NCBI GenBank assembly: GCA_944391745.1
Contig: CALXUS010000003.1
Location: forward strand, 27,732-91,731
Reading direction: 5' to 3'
DNA from: an uncultured Clostridia bacterium
Lineage (GTDB): Bacteria > Bacillota > Clostridia > TANB77 > CAG-508
Length of the DNA stretch: 64,000 nt
Shown here: positions 62,956-64,000 of the stretch, in pieces
Layout of the letters: each line of letters starts with the position of its first letter
Numbering within the stretch: position 1 is the stretch's first letter
Notes under the pieces: model-generated
What the model was told of the DNA's origin: nothing
Databases searched by the model: none
The model's input: the letters and a program-made list of their open reading frames with translations, nothing else
Position numbers and translations under genes: made by a program

Positions 62956-64000
62956 ATGGATTTTAAACAATGGGATAATTTTAATAAGCAAGGAGAATGG
63001 ACTAAAGAAATAGATGTAAGAGGATTTATACAGGCTAATTATACACCTTATGATGGTGATGAAAGTTTTTTAGCAAATGTTACTGAAAAAAGTACTAAAT
63101 TATGGAATAAAATACAAGATTTGTATAAAGCAGAAAGAGAAAAGGGAGTACTTGATGTAGATACTAAAACTCCTTCAGGCATAAATAGATATGAAGCTGG
63201 ATATGTTGATAAAGATTTAGAAACAATAGTTGGTCTTCAAACCGATAGCCCATTAAAAAGAGCAATTATGCCAAATGGGGGAATAAGAATTGTAGAAAAA
63301 TCTTGCGAAAGTTATGGTTATAAAGTAGATCCAGAAGTTGAATATGTTTATCATGAATTAAGAAAAACTCATAATGATGGTGTTTTTGCCGTATACACTC
63401 CAGATATAAGAAGAGCAAGAAGCTCACATTTATTAACAGGACTTCCAGATGGATATGGTCGTGGAAGAATTATAGGAGATTATAGAAGAGTAGCTTTATA
63501 TGGTGTAGATGTATTAATTGCTGAAAAACAGGATGAGTTAAATATTTTAGATACAGATGAATTTACAGAGGAAGTAATTCGTGATAGAGAAGAGATTCAT
63601 GATCAAATAGATGCATTAAATCAGTTAAAACTAATGGCTGAAAAATATAGATTTGATATATCTAAACCAGCTCAAAATGCTCATGAAGCATTTCAATGGA
63701 CATATTTTGCATATTTAGGTGCCATAAAAGATCAAAATGGCGCAGCAATGAGCTTAGGTAGAGTATCCACATTTTTAGATATATATGTGGAAAGAGATTT
63801 AAAAAATGGTACAATTACAGAAGAATTTGCACAAGAATTGATGGACCAATTTGTATTAAAACTAAGAATGGTAAGATTTTTAAGAGCTCCTGAATACAAC
63901 GCTTTATTTAGTGGTGATCCAGTATGGGTAACTGAAAGCATTGGAGGTATGGGCATAGATGGAAGAACTCTAGTTACAAAAAATTCATTCAGACTATTAC
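62956..64000 (+). CDS. pflB: pyruvate formate-lyase (formate C-acetyltransferase), 5' part; continues beyond the window
   Basis: ATG 62956 after AAAGGAGGG, open to the window end. W..F..G.W....[37 protein letters not shown] and F.LKLR.VRFLR.PEY..LFSGDP.W.TE are characteristic. Confidence 0.9.
   Translation, partial: MDFKQWDNFNKQGEWTKEIDVRGFIQANYTPYDGDESFLANVTEKSTKLWNKIQDLYKAEREKGVLDVDTKTPSGINRYEAGYVDKDLETIVGLQTDSPLKRAIMPNGGIRIVEKSCESYGYKVDPEVEYVYHELRKTHNDGVFAVYTPDIRRARSSHLLTGLPDGYGRGRIIGDYRRVALYGVDVLIAEKQDELNILDTDEFTEEVIRDREEIHDQIDALNQLKLMAEKYRFDISKPAQNAHEAFQWTYFAYLGAIKDQNGAAMSLGRVSTFLDIYVERDLKNGTITEEFAQELMDQFVLKLRMVRFLRAPEYNALFSGDPVWVTESIGGMGIDGRTLVTKNSFRLL

Overview
This is a low-G+C chromosomal segment of Firmicutes/Clostridia type. 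Hand spot counts are mostly 20-30 % G+C, and almost everything is transcribed on the + strand.

**Backbone.** It consists of housekeeping and sporulation genes:
- spo0A, a short FtsZ-family gene, a spoIVFA/spoIVFB-like pair, one tRNA (anticodon CAU), ylbJ and mfd.
- A TrmH-family methyltransferase and an LPXTG-anchored C1 cysteine protease.
- dtd, aspS, rlmN, the stp/prkC pair, rsgA, rpe and nth.
- A Thr T-box leader plus thrS, spoIVA and a sugar-nucleotide/kduD cluster.
- carD, dnaG, sigA, rpsF-ssb-rpsR, a metal ABC transporter and the 5' part of pflB.

I recognised no rRNA, CRISPR array, transposase, integrase or phage structural gene.

**1. Accessory locus, 33.7-47.3 kb, between thrS and convergent spoIVA (~13.6 kb).**
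- Three tandem paralogues of an unrecognisable ~980-aa protein. Only the third copy is intact.
- A type III toxIN module: two ~39-nt repeats followed by a ToxN/AbiQ-like toxin. A decayed toxN 3' end also lies in front of copy 1.
- An N-terminally truncated ThrRS-like gene with substitutions at two of three zinc-ligand positions and at the motif-3 Arg.
- A translationally coupled 727-aa coiled-coil ORF.
- I read this as a candidate uncharacterised RNA/tRNA-centred defence-type locus. That reading is inference, not demonstrated.

**2. Six small single-gene cassettes in intergenic gaps of the backbone** (ORFs at 532, 12035, 16975c, 29823c, 31166, 62567).
- They are visibly G+C-richer than their flanks.
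- Each has a near-consensus sigma-A promoter and an SD; five are followed by a clear hairpin terminator, while the one at 532 has only weak hairpins.

Several starts in the supplied ORF track look like upstream over-extensions and were moved to SD-preceded starts. All family calls rest on motif recognition by eye, without database searches.
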